This document shows positions 49,974 through 57,345 of a stretch of 57,345 nt of DNA, in pieces (the first letter of the stretch is position 1; each line of letters opens with the position of its first letter). A program made the position numbers and the translations under genes. Source of the stretch: a virus (Duplodnaviria; Caudoviricetes); the IMG/VR virus record IMGVR_UViG_3300009418_002352, positions 1 through 57,345 of that record; one strand, given 5' to 3'. The notes under the pieces are model-generated. The model worked only from the letters and a program-made list of their open reading frames with translations. It did no database searches and was not told the origin of the DNA.

Positions 49974-51074
49974 TTAACCAGTACTTGTGTAAGTTGCTGT
50001 TTTCAAATCAGTAAGTCTAACATGTACTGGGCCAGCATTAAGACTCATACTAGCATCACCTGTTATAGAAGCATCTGTTACTATTACAGAAGCATCTGTG
50101 TTATATAACGCTCTAGCACCTAAAGCAATAGTAGCATGTTCACCCGTTATATCTACTGTAACAGGGCTGTCAATCAAAGAAAATGTACTATTACCAATAA
50201 TAAAGCGTCTTATTGTAGAATTATTACTACTTCTATTTCTAACGAAAGCATTTGTTATTTTAACCTCAGAAGCTGCTCTGTACTTTACTAGTTCTACAGT
50301 ATTATCAAAGTCCATTACCATAGCTACTGTACAAGATAATGGGCCAAGCATAATTTGTTCAGCAGTTTGAGTATTTTGCCCAGTATATAAAACTCCTACT
50401 GGTCTTGATAAAGTCCACTCAGCACTGATTAACTTAGAGAACTCAATTGTGCCAGGATTGTAGGCAGCATCAAAGGCTACTTCTGGAAGCCAACCTTCTA
50501 AAGCACTCTCAATAGTTGCTGCTTGAGCACTCAAATCTGCCACAGCACCGATATTAACATCTGCACCAGTTAAAGTAGCAGTATAAGTTAATATACCTTC
50601 TCCAGCATTCCAAGCAAATACTAGTTCCTGGACTCTACAACCTACAAAAGTTCGATTGCCTGCTGCTACTTGATTATCTGTTTCAATTGTAAGATACTCT
50701 ATAGCGGGGTTAGCAGGCAGTTGAAAGTCATGATTCCATAAGTCGTTAGTTAATGAAGTAGCAACATCTACTCCACCAAATATATTTCTTAGAAATAAAC
50801 CCACTCCAAACCCAAGTGCAACACCTGGGTCTGATTGGACAGCTCCTTCAATTGTAATATTAACTAATTTAACTCCAGCAGGTTGCCTAAAGTCTGCCGC
50901 ATGAGGCCCACGCCGACCATTATCAAGGAGTGGAGTAACTAACTCTTCAGCAGTAAAAGCAGTTACAGGTATTAGGTGACTAGCAGTAGCCTCGCTATGA
51001 ATTGAATTATTAGTTTGAGGCCCACCTACTTGAACTACTTGTCTATGTGAGTGAACAACATCTGTGCCAGCCAT
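49974..51074 (-). CDS. Major tail tube protein
   Basis: Position, size, LTIE...TFVGCRV, beta-rich; followed by terminator. Confidence 0.8.
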   Translation of the reverse strand: MAGTDVVHSHRQVVQVGGPQTNNSIHSEATASHLIPVTAFTAEELVTPLLDNGRRGPHAADFRQPAGVKLVNITIEGAVQSDPGVALGFGVGLFLRNIFGGVDVATSLTNDLWNHDFQLPANPAIEYLTIETDNQVAAGNRTFVGCRVQELVFAWNAGEGILTYTATLTGADVNIGAVADLSAQAATIESALEGWLPEVAFDAAYNPGTIEFSKLISAEWTLSRPVGVLYTGQNTQTAEQIMLGPLSCTVAMVMDFDNTVELVKYRAASEVKITNAFVRNRSSNNSTIRRFIIGNSTFSLIDSPVTVDITGEHATIALGARALYNTDASVIVTDASITGDASMSLNAGPVHVRLTDLKTATYTSTG

Positions 51075-51337
51075 TAATTAACCTCCTCTAAAGGATTACC
51101 TATCTCCACTGGTTCTTCAGTTACTGGGACTGTTATTGACTCTCCAGGCATACCAGTTTTTGGATAAACATGAAAGTTTAAAAATCTAGGTTCTTTTCCA
51201 ATTCTATCTGAGAAATTATCTAGTAAATGCTTACCTTCTTTAGTGTCACAATCAATATATCCAGTAGCGATAATATGTTGACCATGCTCCTGGCAATCTA
51301 CAGTTAGATGTTCTCCTTGTAGTGTATATAATCTCAT
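51074..51337 (-). CDS. Small hypothetical protein
   Basis: TAATG-coupled to the tail tube gene. Confidence 0.6.
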   Translation of the reverse strand: MRLYTLQGEHLTVDCQEHGQHIIATGYIDCDTKEGKHLLDNFSDRIGKEPRFLNFHVYPKTGMPGESITVPVTEEPVEIGNPLEEVN

Positions 51338-51346
51338 AGTTAATCC

Positions 51347-51841
51347 TTATGATGGTGTGATACCAAATGTTTCTAAGACATACATATTGAAGATTACATG
51401 ATGTACAAAGTAATCTCCAAAGAATTGATGGTCTATACTATAATTAACTGGCCCATGCATATTTGCTGTGTTATTTAAAGAGATGTTAGCTTCTAATTTA
51501 TCTAGTACAGCATCTATTAAATCTTGAAATCTACTGTCTGTATCATCATCTGTAAAAGAAGCCCAACCCTCTATTCTAAAGTCATATCTTTCAAGTGACT
51601 GATGTGTTGTTACAGGATATGAAGTACCTAATCCTCCGTTATTTGGCCCATATGCCATTCCGCCTTCAACTCTGTAAATCATCCAGGTACGAATCTCTGC
51701 TTGGTCTTCTATACCAACAATAAAGTTTTGTATAAATTTATCTTCATACTTTGTCCATCGAATGCTAGCATGTACTTGACCAATATCTGTTACAGTTTCA
51801 AGTATGGTCTTGATTTCTGCCTGTATTAGCTTACGAGACAT
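51347..51841 (-). CDS. Tail terminator-like protein
   Basis: Position; IDAVLDKLEANISL motif. Confidence 0.6.
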   Translation of the reverse strand: MSRKLIQAEIKTILETVTDIGQVHASIRWTKYEDKFIQNFIVGIEDQAEIRTWMIYRVEGGMAYGPNNGGLGTSYPVTTHQSLERYDFRIEGWASFTDDDTDSRFQDLIDAVLDKLEANISLNNTANMHGPVNYSIDHQFFGDYFVHHVIFNMYVLETFGITPS

Positions 51842-52569
51842 TATCTATTGTTAAATGAACGATGAGTTAGAAATGGTTGATTATCAGCAAAACCAAAACC
51901 AAAGTCTATATCTCTTACGATACTAGCACCTTTAATAGGGTCAGATATCCACTCCATATATGCATCACGATATTCTTTAGCTACTCTCATATAGTCTGAA
52001 GACTTGGTTTTATAATTAACTACATCTGCTCTTAATGTAGGGTCAGATGTACCAGCAAATCTAGAGGCCAGCATCATACAAGCTAAGTTAGAAGCCCATA
52101 ATACTACAGCCTCAGAGTCTATACTTGGTACACTATCAGCAGTTTCGCTATCAAGATTATTAATGGTGTGTGGTACTGTATAAGTTACCGATATAGTATC
52201 ACTAGATGAAGGACAGTAACCTATAAAGTGAACATATAAAGCAGTTGAGTTTCTATAATATTCCCATTCATCCCTCTGTATGTATCTTGGGTCTTCATTG
52301 CTTGCAACTGTAGGTGCCTTGGCTTCTATAGATTCAATGGAACTCCAATACTCTACGAAATCAGGTAGATTAGTAGTATTTACTATAAAGTATTCACTAC
52401 TAGTACCAGTTATAGAAGCAGACTTAATTAATGGCTTATCTATAGAATACTTACGAAGTGCTCTACGAACGAAATCTTCATATACATTAACACCAGAATC
52501 ATAGTTAGGAGAATTAGCTTCTCTAACCATAACCCTAACACTTTCTATATATGCTTCTAGTAAGGCCAA
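51841..52569 (-). CDS. Head-tail adaptor-like protein
   Basis: Position; helical N- and C-ends with a beta insertion. Confidence 0.6.
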   Translation of the reverse strand: MALLEAYIESVRVMVREANSPNYDSGVNVYEDFVRRALRKYSIDKPLIKSASITGTSSEYFIVNTTNLPDFVEYWSSIESIEAKAPTVASNEDPRYIQRDEWEYYRNSTALYVHFIGYCPSSSDTISVTYTVPHTINNLDSETADSVPSIDSEAVVLWASNLACMMLASRFAGTSDPTLRADVVNYKTKSSDYMRVAKEYRDAYMEWISDPIKGASIVRDIDFGFGFADNQPFLTHRSFNNR

Positions 52570-52597
52570 TTTAACCTGCCTGGGGGATTGAATGGTT

Positions 52598-52710
52598 TGC
52601 CAGAACCCGTAAAAACGTTTTTTCAGACATTTCTAGGCCCATAACCCGGATTTCCTGTGTTCTAGGTCATTTAGATGGATTATAGGCCAGAAAATGATTT
52701 CTGTGCATTT
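52598..52710. repeat. Dispersed periodic element, copy E
   Basis: AAAAACGTTTTTT 52611, TTTCTAGGCC, TTCTAGG, TAGGCC with ~10 bp phasing. Confidence 0.65.
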
Positions 52711-52782
52711 TATACTTCTCCAGTTAAACTTACTAGTGGATTACCATTTACATCTACAAGTTTAACATCTTGTATCATTTAA

Positions 52783-53064
52783 TTATACCGGAACCTCTAT
52801 TACTTCAGACTCATTAATCTCTGGTTTTAAATTAGCAATTCTAAATAGTTGAGTTCCTTCAGTATTTAAGATGTACATACCGACATCAGGAATAACCACT
52901 ACTGGAGCATGAACTCTACTATCTTTGAAAAGTAATTGGACACCAATCATTAATAATGGATTGTCAATCATTATTTCTCTAATGGTGTGACCTTGTGATT
53001 CTAGCAATTCTCTTGCCTTATCACAAGCATCACACCCTTCGAGTTTGTAGAGGAAAACCTCCAC
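52783..53064 (-). CDS. Glutaredoxin/NrdH-like protein
   Basis: LY...GCDACDKARELL and APVVVI. Confidence 0.8.
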   Translation of the reverse strand: MEVFLYKLEGCDACDKARELLESQGHTIREIMIDNPLLMIGVQLLFKDSRVHAPVVVIPDVGMYILNTEGTQLFRIANLKPEINESEVIEVPV

Positions 53065-53065
53065 T

Positions 53066-54466
53066 TTATGCAGCAGCCAAAGTAGCGTTGTCAGCCAACC
53101 GTCGGCACAGGAGATAGACGTTAACTACTCCTGCACCAGTACAACTAGATGATGTACATTTAGCTGTTACTTTCTTGCCAGATTCCATTACTACGCTCCT
53201 ACCCTTGTCTGCTGTCTTTTTGTCCATGACAATAGTAGAACCCATTGTGCTCACACTATCTTCACAGAAGGTCTCAGAACCAGCAGCATTGTCTACTTCC
53301 ATCGTAAACAGTGTGCCAGCAGCAAGTCCAGTACCATCACATTGCATTACAAAGTCTTCAATAAGGATCTCTCCAACTGAAGAAGTCCCAGTTACATCCA
53401 CTCCACCTGTAGTAATAGCAGATGAAGTTAATGCTTTCTTTATAATAAATGTAGTGCCCTGCATAGTCCTTAACATACCAGCAGAAGCCGCTACAACAGC
53501 AGTACCATCAAAGCCTATAGCATCATATACATCTTTATTAGCAGCAGGGCCATTACCGGAGGCAGGAGTTCTTGGTGAATGAACAGAAGCTTGGTCAATT
53601 GCATCAGTTTCCTCATTGTCTACACAGAATAAAGAGCCTGGGTCAAAAATTGTACCTAGTGTATCTCCAACAAGCCTGTTACCTACTGCCTGGCCAGTAC
53701 AAGCTGAAACTAGCTCGACAGCATGATCTCCAGTTTGGAGATTTCTTACAAAATTGTCTTTAAGGGTAAGATTAGTACAAACTTTGCCAGAAGGATTATG
53801 GATTCCAGCATCAGAAAAGTCACCATAGATATGGCAATCGTCAATTAATACTTGATCTTGTACTTCAGTTAGTTTAATACCACTATTTGCTCCAGCAGTT
53901 TGCATGTTAATCGTGACACGTCTAAAAGTAGCACGGTCACAAGCATTTGCAGTACCACCATCTACATCAGCAAAGATCAAACACTGAGCAGAGCCATCTT
54001 CTCTAAATTCAACATCTTCTAATGTAAAGTCAGTAGAGTTAATATCAAATAAGGCAGTTAAACTGTCAATAGTAGAAGTAAATAGTATATTCTTTATAGT
54101 AATGTCAGCCGCATCAATGTCAATATCAGCAGCTGTAAGTGTAGCAAGAGTAACAGTTGGTCTTTGCTCACCACGACCCATACCAATAACTGTAATACCA
54201 GCTACATCTAAGTCAAGAGCACCAGCACTAGCTAGAGTCTCAGCATGATTTGGCATTACAATAATATGGTCACCTTGATTAGCAGTACACTTACCAACTG
54301 CAACATCAAGTGTGGCCAAGGCACGATCTTTATCCTTGCCATCATTTGTATCAGACCCATTTACAGAGTCTACAAAGTAGAAATCACCTGTAGAAAATAT
54401 AGGGCCGTTGCCTATCATTGGCATTCCTAAAACAGAAATGCCATTTGGAAAGTTAGTCAGACTCAT
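53066..54466 (-). CDS. Beta-helix-like virion protein (head fibre/decoration candidate)
   Basis: LTNFPNGIS, FVDSVNGSDTNDGK, beta-solenoid-like repeats; located after capsid. Confidence 0.65.
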   Translation of the reverse strand: MSLTNFPNGISVLGMPMIGNGPIFSTGDFYFVDSVNGSDTNDGKDKDRALATLDVAVGKCTANQGDHIIVMPNHAETLASAGALDLDVAGITVIGMGRGEQRPTVTLATLTAADIDIDAADITIKNILFTSTIDSLTALFDINSTDFTLEDVEFREDGSAQCLIFADVDGGTANACDRATFRRVTINMQTAGANSGIKLTEVQDQVLIDDCHIYGDFSDAGIHNPSGKVCTNLTLKDNFVRNLQTGDHAVELVSACTGQAVGNRLVGDTLGTIFDPGSLFCVDNEETDAIDQASVHSPRTPASGNGPAANKDVYDAIGFDGTAVVAASAGMLRTMQGTTFIIKKALTSSAITTGGVDVTGTSSVGEILIEDFVMQCDGTGLAAGTLFTMEVDNAAGSETFCEDSVSTMGSTIVMDKKTADKGRSVVMESGKKVTAKCTSSSCTGAGVVNVYLLCRRLADNATLAAA

Positions 54467-54468
54467 TT

Positions 54469-54771
54469 TTACTCAACCTCCTTGAAATTATCATGCGTAA
54501 TTTCATTTGCTAGTAGATATTTAGTCAAGGTAGTCTTTTCTTTAAAAGTCAAGGTTCCCATCGTATCACCTTGCCCTGTACTACCACTATTCCATATCTT
54601 TATTCCGCTAGAGTATCCTACTCTCTTTGTCATGTTACCAGCAAGGTCATAGTTCTGATAACGGTATTCTCTTTTGCCTTCTTCTGAATCAATAACTAAA
54701 ACAACTTGAGCATGATATTCATCCTCCATACCTTCATTCTCATGTTGCATTTCACCAACTGGAGTTGCCAT
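54469..54771 (-). CDS. Hypothetical head-module protein
   Basis: AAGGAGG SD; follows capsid gene. Confidence 0.7.
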   Translation of the reverse strand: MATPVGEMQHENEGMEDEYHAQVVLVIDSEEGKREYRYQNYDLAGNMTKRVGYSSGIKIWNSGSTGQGDTMGTLTFKEKTTLTKYLLANEITHDNFKEVE

Positions 54772-54784
54772 ACTTCTCCTCCTT

Positions 54785-54834
54785 AAAATAAGGTGTAGGA
54801 ATAACGGCGCTCAAGCAAGCATTACTCCTACACC
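54785..54834 (-). terminator. Terminator after capsid gene
   Basis: GGTGTAGGAGTAA...TTATTCCTACACC then TTATTTT. Confidence 0.7.
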
Positions 54835-54847
54835 CATTCAGTTAGAC

Positions 54848-57343
54848 TTATACTATAGAAGCAACCGAGCCACGATAGTCAATCCAGCCTCCACCATAAC
54901 GGTGGCGAATCTTGTACGCTATCACATCATGAGTGAAGTGCATACCTGCTGTTGGGTCACTTTGAACGAACAATTCAGGGTCTCTACGTCCATTCAAGAA
55001 ACCCATCTCTATCATTTCTACCTGTTCAGGACTAGACATCAAATACCAGTTATTAACATCAGTAAACTGAGGTACAACAATAGTCTGGAAGGTTCCAGAA
55101 AAAATATTAACAGCATTGTTAGCAGAGTCAGGTACAGAAGATGAACGCTGCAATTGGAGTGCTACTTCACGTAGTTCAACAGGAACCAAAAGGAATCGTT
55201 CTTCCAAACCAATACGCTTTGAAGATTTATCACGCATGGTACGGATTCTGTTAGCAGCATCATTAAATGATGTTCTATTCAAGGCAGAAGTGATACGGTT
55301 GTTATGCTCAGCAGTACCACTACCTTGGAAAACATTTTCTGAAGCTGATTCAGTGTTACCAGCTTGGTCAACATCAATGAAAACAGGGCCATCACCAGAA
55401 TTTTGAGTAAACAGGTTATCTACATACTCATTAAGAGTAATACCAGCAGAACGACCCATTTCATCAGAGGTACGAGTCAAAGCACCAAGGTCATCGTCTA
55501 CAATAGCCCTTTGAGCAACAGTAAGTAGATTACCATACTCAGTAGGTGTGTAGGTATGCTGGAATTCAGCCCAAGTCAGTTCTGCATACTCTGCACCAGC
55601 AGTAGTACGTTCACTCAAAGCACCAAGAGACTCCAGACGGTTTCTATCTTGCTGTTTCAAGTCATTTAGACTGATAATGGTAGTAAATGGCTCCCACCAC
55701 ATATTCTGACGCTGATATTGTTTAATCAAGCGCCTGTTCATAGAAGTACCTAGAACATTAGCAAAGGTTACAGTAGAACCACCAGTAATCTTGGAAGCAG
55801 TAGGTGTACTACCAGCACCTTCACGAATTCTCTGATCTAGAGGAACAGAACCCCAATTGAACTCCCAATCATCAGTTACAGCAACATATGCTTCTCTGAT
55901 ACCATGCAACCGTGGCACATCAGAGAATTTCTCATCTACTTCCAGACCAAACAATACGTCCATTGCAGCCTGCATTCTCTCATCACTATCAATGATTTGA
56001 TGAGTAGCAGGAAGAACGAAACTATTTTCAGGTTGCGCTAGTCGACCACCAGAGTTATATCCAGCAACCATCGAAGCAGACTCTCGATACATTTCTACAG
56101 TAGCATCAAGATCAGCTTGCTTAAATACAGTATCTCCATACTGCTTGACAACAGCATCCTTCATAGGCTGAGGAAGATTAGACTCGCGTAGCACTTCAGA
56201 AAGAATACTATTACTCTCCCTAATATCTAACCGACGGATCTTTTCCTCTAGTTCCTCATATCGATTAGGATTAGAGTTATTAATCATTTCTACTTTTTCA
56301 GGAGGATCTTCCACCTTCTCAGCAGGTGCATTTAGTTTCAGAATCTCCTCGTACAATGTAGGATTAGCTTCTTTAAGCTCCTCAATAGTCAGTCCTTCTA
56401 TTTCCATTAGTTCGCTCCTAACTTTATTATCATCTGATTCCTTTAGATTTTCAATAACCTTTCCACCAGCACCAGGAATATCTACAAGGTCAACAGACCT
56501 AACATAACTTATTCCTTCACTATATTTAACTGTTTTACCATCTACCTTTTTAAAGGAGTTTTTACCTAAACCTAATAGTGATAGTCCAATTAAGTCTAGT
56601 TTACCTTCATCTGAAAGTTCTAGCAGAAGTGGCTTTAACCAAGGCACTCCAGAATTAGTTAGGATATGCCAATCAGCGTAAAGTCCATCACCCTCCTTAA
56701 GTGTGACATTCTCGTACCACCCTACTAAAGAATTTATTGGCCTATCTCCACCATTATAATCTTCGGCTGGATGGTTAACGTAAGAACGAGTACCCTCAAA
56801 TAGAGGCATTGCTTCTTGGAGTACACTATCTGGAAAATACCTTCCTGATTGTGTATGTCCAGAGACAATCATCCTTACATTCCATACTGAGCCATCTTCA
56901 TTATCAGAAGCAAGCTTCATAACCTTAGCTTCTGTAATGATTTCCTCTTGGCCTTCAAGATCAGTGGGTGGTTGAGCAACTTTCATCATTGCTCTTTCCA
57001 TCAACAATGCTTCTTTCATCTTGCTAGGGTTTGAGTCTTTATCTTCTTTCTTAGACTTTGTATTGTCTTTCTTTTTATCTTTGTTTATTTGTTTGAAAGC
57101 TTCATCCGCCTCAACTAATGATTTAGCTTTGTCTTTAATATCATCAGAGACATTTAGAGATAAAACTTTTTCATATAATGCAGTAGCAGCTTCTTGTACA
57201 CTAGCATTGCTATTAGAAGAGTCTCCAGTTAATGGGAATTTACTAAGAATTGAGCCTAGTCCCTCTGGATCATCTTTAGCAGCAGCAATAATATATCTGG
57301 AAAGTGCATATTCTAGCTCATACTTTAAAACATAATCTAAATC
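54848..57343 (-). CDS. Prohead protease-scaffold-major capsid polyprotein (Mu gpT-like capsid), 5'-truncated by the window edge
   Basis: YVNH, GLS, SVDLVDIPGAGG protease; C-terminal AIVDDDLG, LLVP, WYL, FLNG, YKIRH, DYRG; frame open for 108 codons upstream of ATG 57019. Confidence 0.88.
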   Translation of the reverse strand, partial: DLDYVLKYELEYALSRYIIAAAKDDPEGLGSILSKFPLTGDSSNSNASVQEAATALYEKVLSLNVSDDIKDKAKSLVEADEAFKQINKDKKKDNTKSKKEDKDSNPSKMKEALLMERAMMKVAQPPTDLEGQEEIITEAKVMKLASDNEDGSVWNVRMIVSGHTQSGRYFPDSVLQEAMPLFEGTRSYVNHPAEDYNGGDRPINSLVGWYENVTLKEGDGLYADWHILTNSGVPWLKPLLLELSDEGKLDLIGLSLLGLGKNSFKKVDGKTVKYSEGISYVRSVDLVDIPGAGGKVIENLKESDDNKVRSELMEIEGLTIEELKEANPTLYEEILKLNAPAEKVEDPPEKVEMINNSNPNRYEELEEKIRRLDIRESNSILSEVLRESNLPQPMKDAVVKQYGDTVFKQADLDATVEMYRESASMVAGYNSGGRLAQPENSFVLPATHQIIDSDERMQAAMDVLFGLEVDEKFSDVPRLHGIREAYVAVTDDWEFNWGSVPLDQRIREGAGSTPTASKITGGSTVTFANVLGTSMNRRLIKQYQRQNMWWEPFTTIISLNDLKQQDRNRLESLGALSERTTAGAEYAELTWAEFQHTYTPTEYGNLLTVAQRAIVDDDLGALTRTSDEMGRSAGITLNEYVDNLFTQNSGDGPVFIDVDQAGNTESASENVFQGSGTAEHNNRITSALNRTSFNDAANRIRTMRDKSSKRIGLEERFLLVPVELREVALQLQRSSSVPDSANNAVNIFSGTFQTIVVPQFTDVNNWYLMSSPEQVEMIEMGFLNGRRDPELFVQSDPTAGMHFTHDVIAYKIRHRYGGGWIDYRGSVASIV

Positions 57344-57345
57344 AC

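Larger units (their letters stand above)
1..57345. mobile_element. Tailed dsDNA bacteriophage genome segment (siphovirus-like; early/middle arm on +, virion arm on -)
   Basis: Capsid, tail tube, frameshifted chaperone and tape measure genes on -; dense small ORFs, RNR, thyX, dcd and recombination genes on +; tight ATGA/TAATG overlaps; no tail sheath seen. Confidence 0.95.

Noticed and set aside
39571-57335. Plus-strand ORFs in the virion arm (e.g. 44975-45553, 47099-47467, 53175-53582, 57021-57335)
   Set aside because: Antisense shadows; 47099-47467 mirrors the GT frame and 57021-57335 mirrors the capsid extension
1-57345. CRISPR array, tRNA or rRNA genes
   Set aside because: No regularly spaced direct repeats or convincing cloverleaf seen by eye; the five dispersed elements are degenerate and kilobases apart
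1-57345. Genome-wide stop codon reassignment
   Set aside because: TGA, TAA and TAG all end coherent genes, often overlapping the next start; only two isolated internal stops, of different type

Overview
A 57 kb piece of an AT-rich tailed dsDNA phage (siphovirus-like) genome with two convergent arms meeting at about 39.35-39.45 kb. The + arm (1-39.3 kb) holds early and middle genes: many small Cys-rich ORFs, a RuvB-like ATPase, a Ycf46-type AAA/DUF3150/DUF1257/DUF2997-like module, a DinG-like helicase, Sak4-like, PD-(D/E)XK and ERCC4-like recombination genes, and nucleotide metabolism (class II RNR, dcd, a thyX broken by one in-frame TGA). Interleaved among these are about 11 genes resembling a higher-carbon nucleotide-sugar pathway (transaldolase, SIS isomerase, nucleotidyltransferase-kinase, an LmbZ/LmbL-like pair, a YerE-like TPP enzyme, SDR, methyltransferase). 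The - arm (39.45-57.3 kb) is the virion module: a protease-scaffold-capsid polyprotein running off the window edge, head-tail genes, tail tube, two paralogous GT-A glycosyltransferases, a -1 frameshifted tail chaperone, tape measure and fibre genes. Five degenerate ~100 bp intergenic elements with ~10 bp periodic A/T and G/C tracts are dispersed along the window. No terminase, portal, polymerase, integrase, tRNA or CRISPR array was recognised. All family calls come from motif recognition by eye, not database searches.
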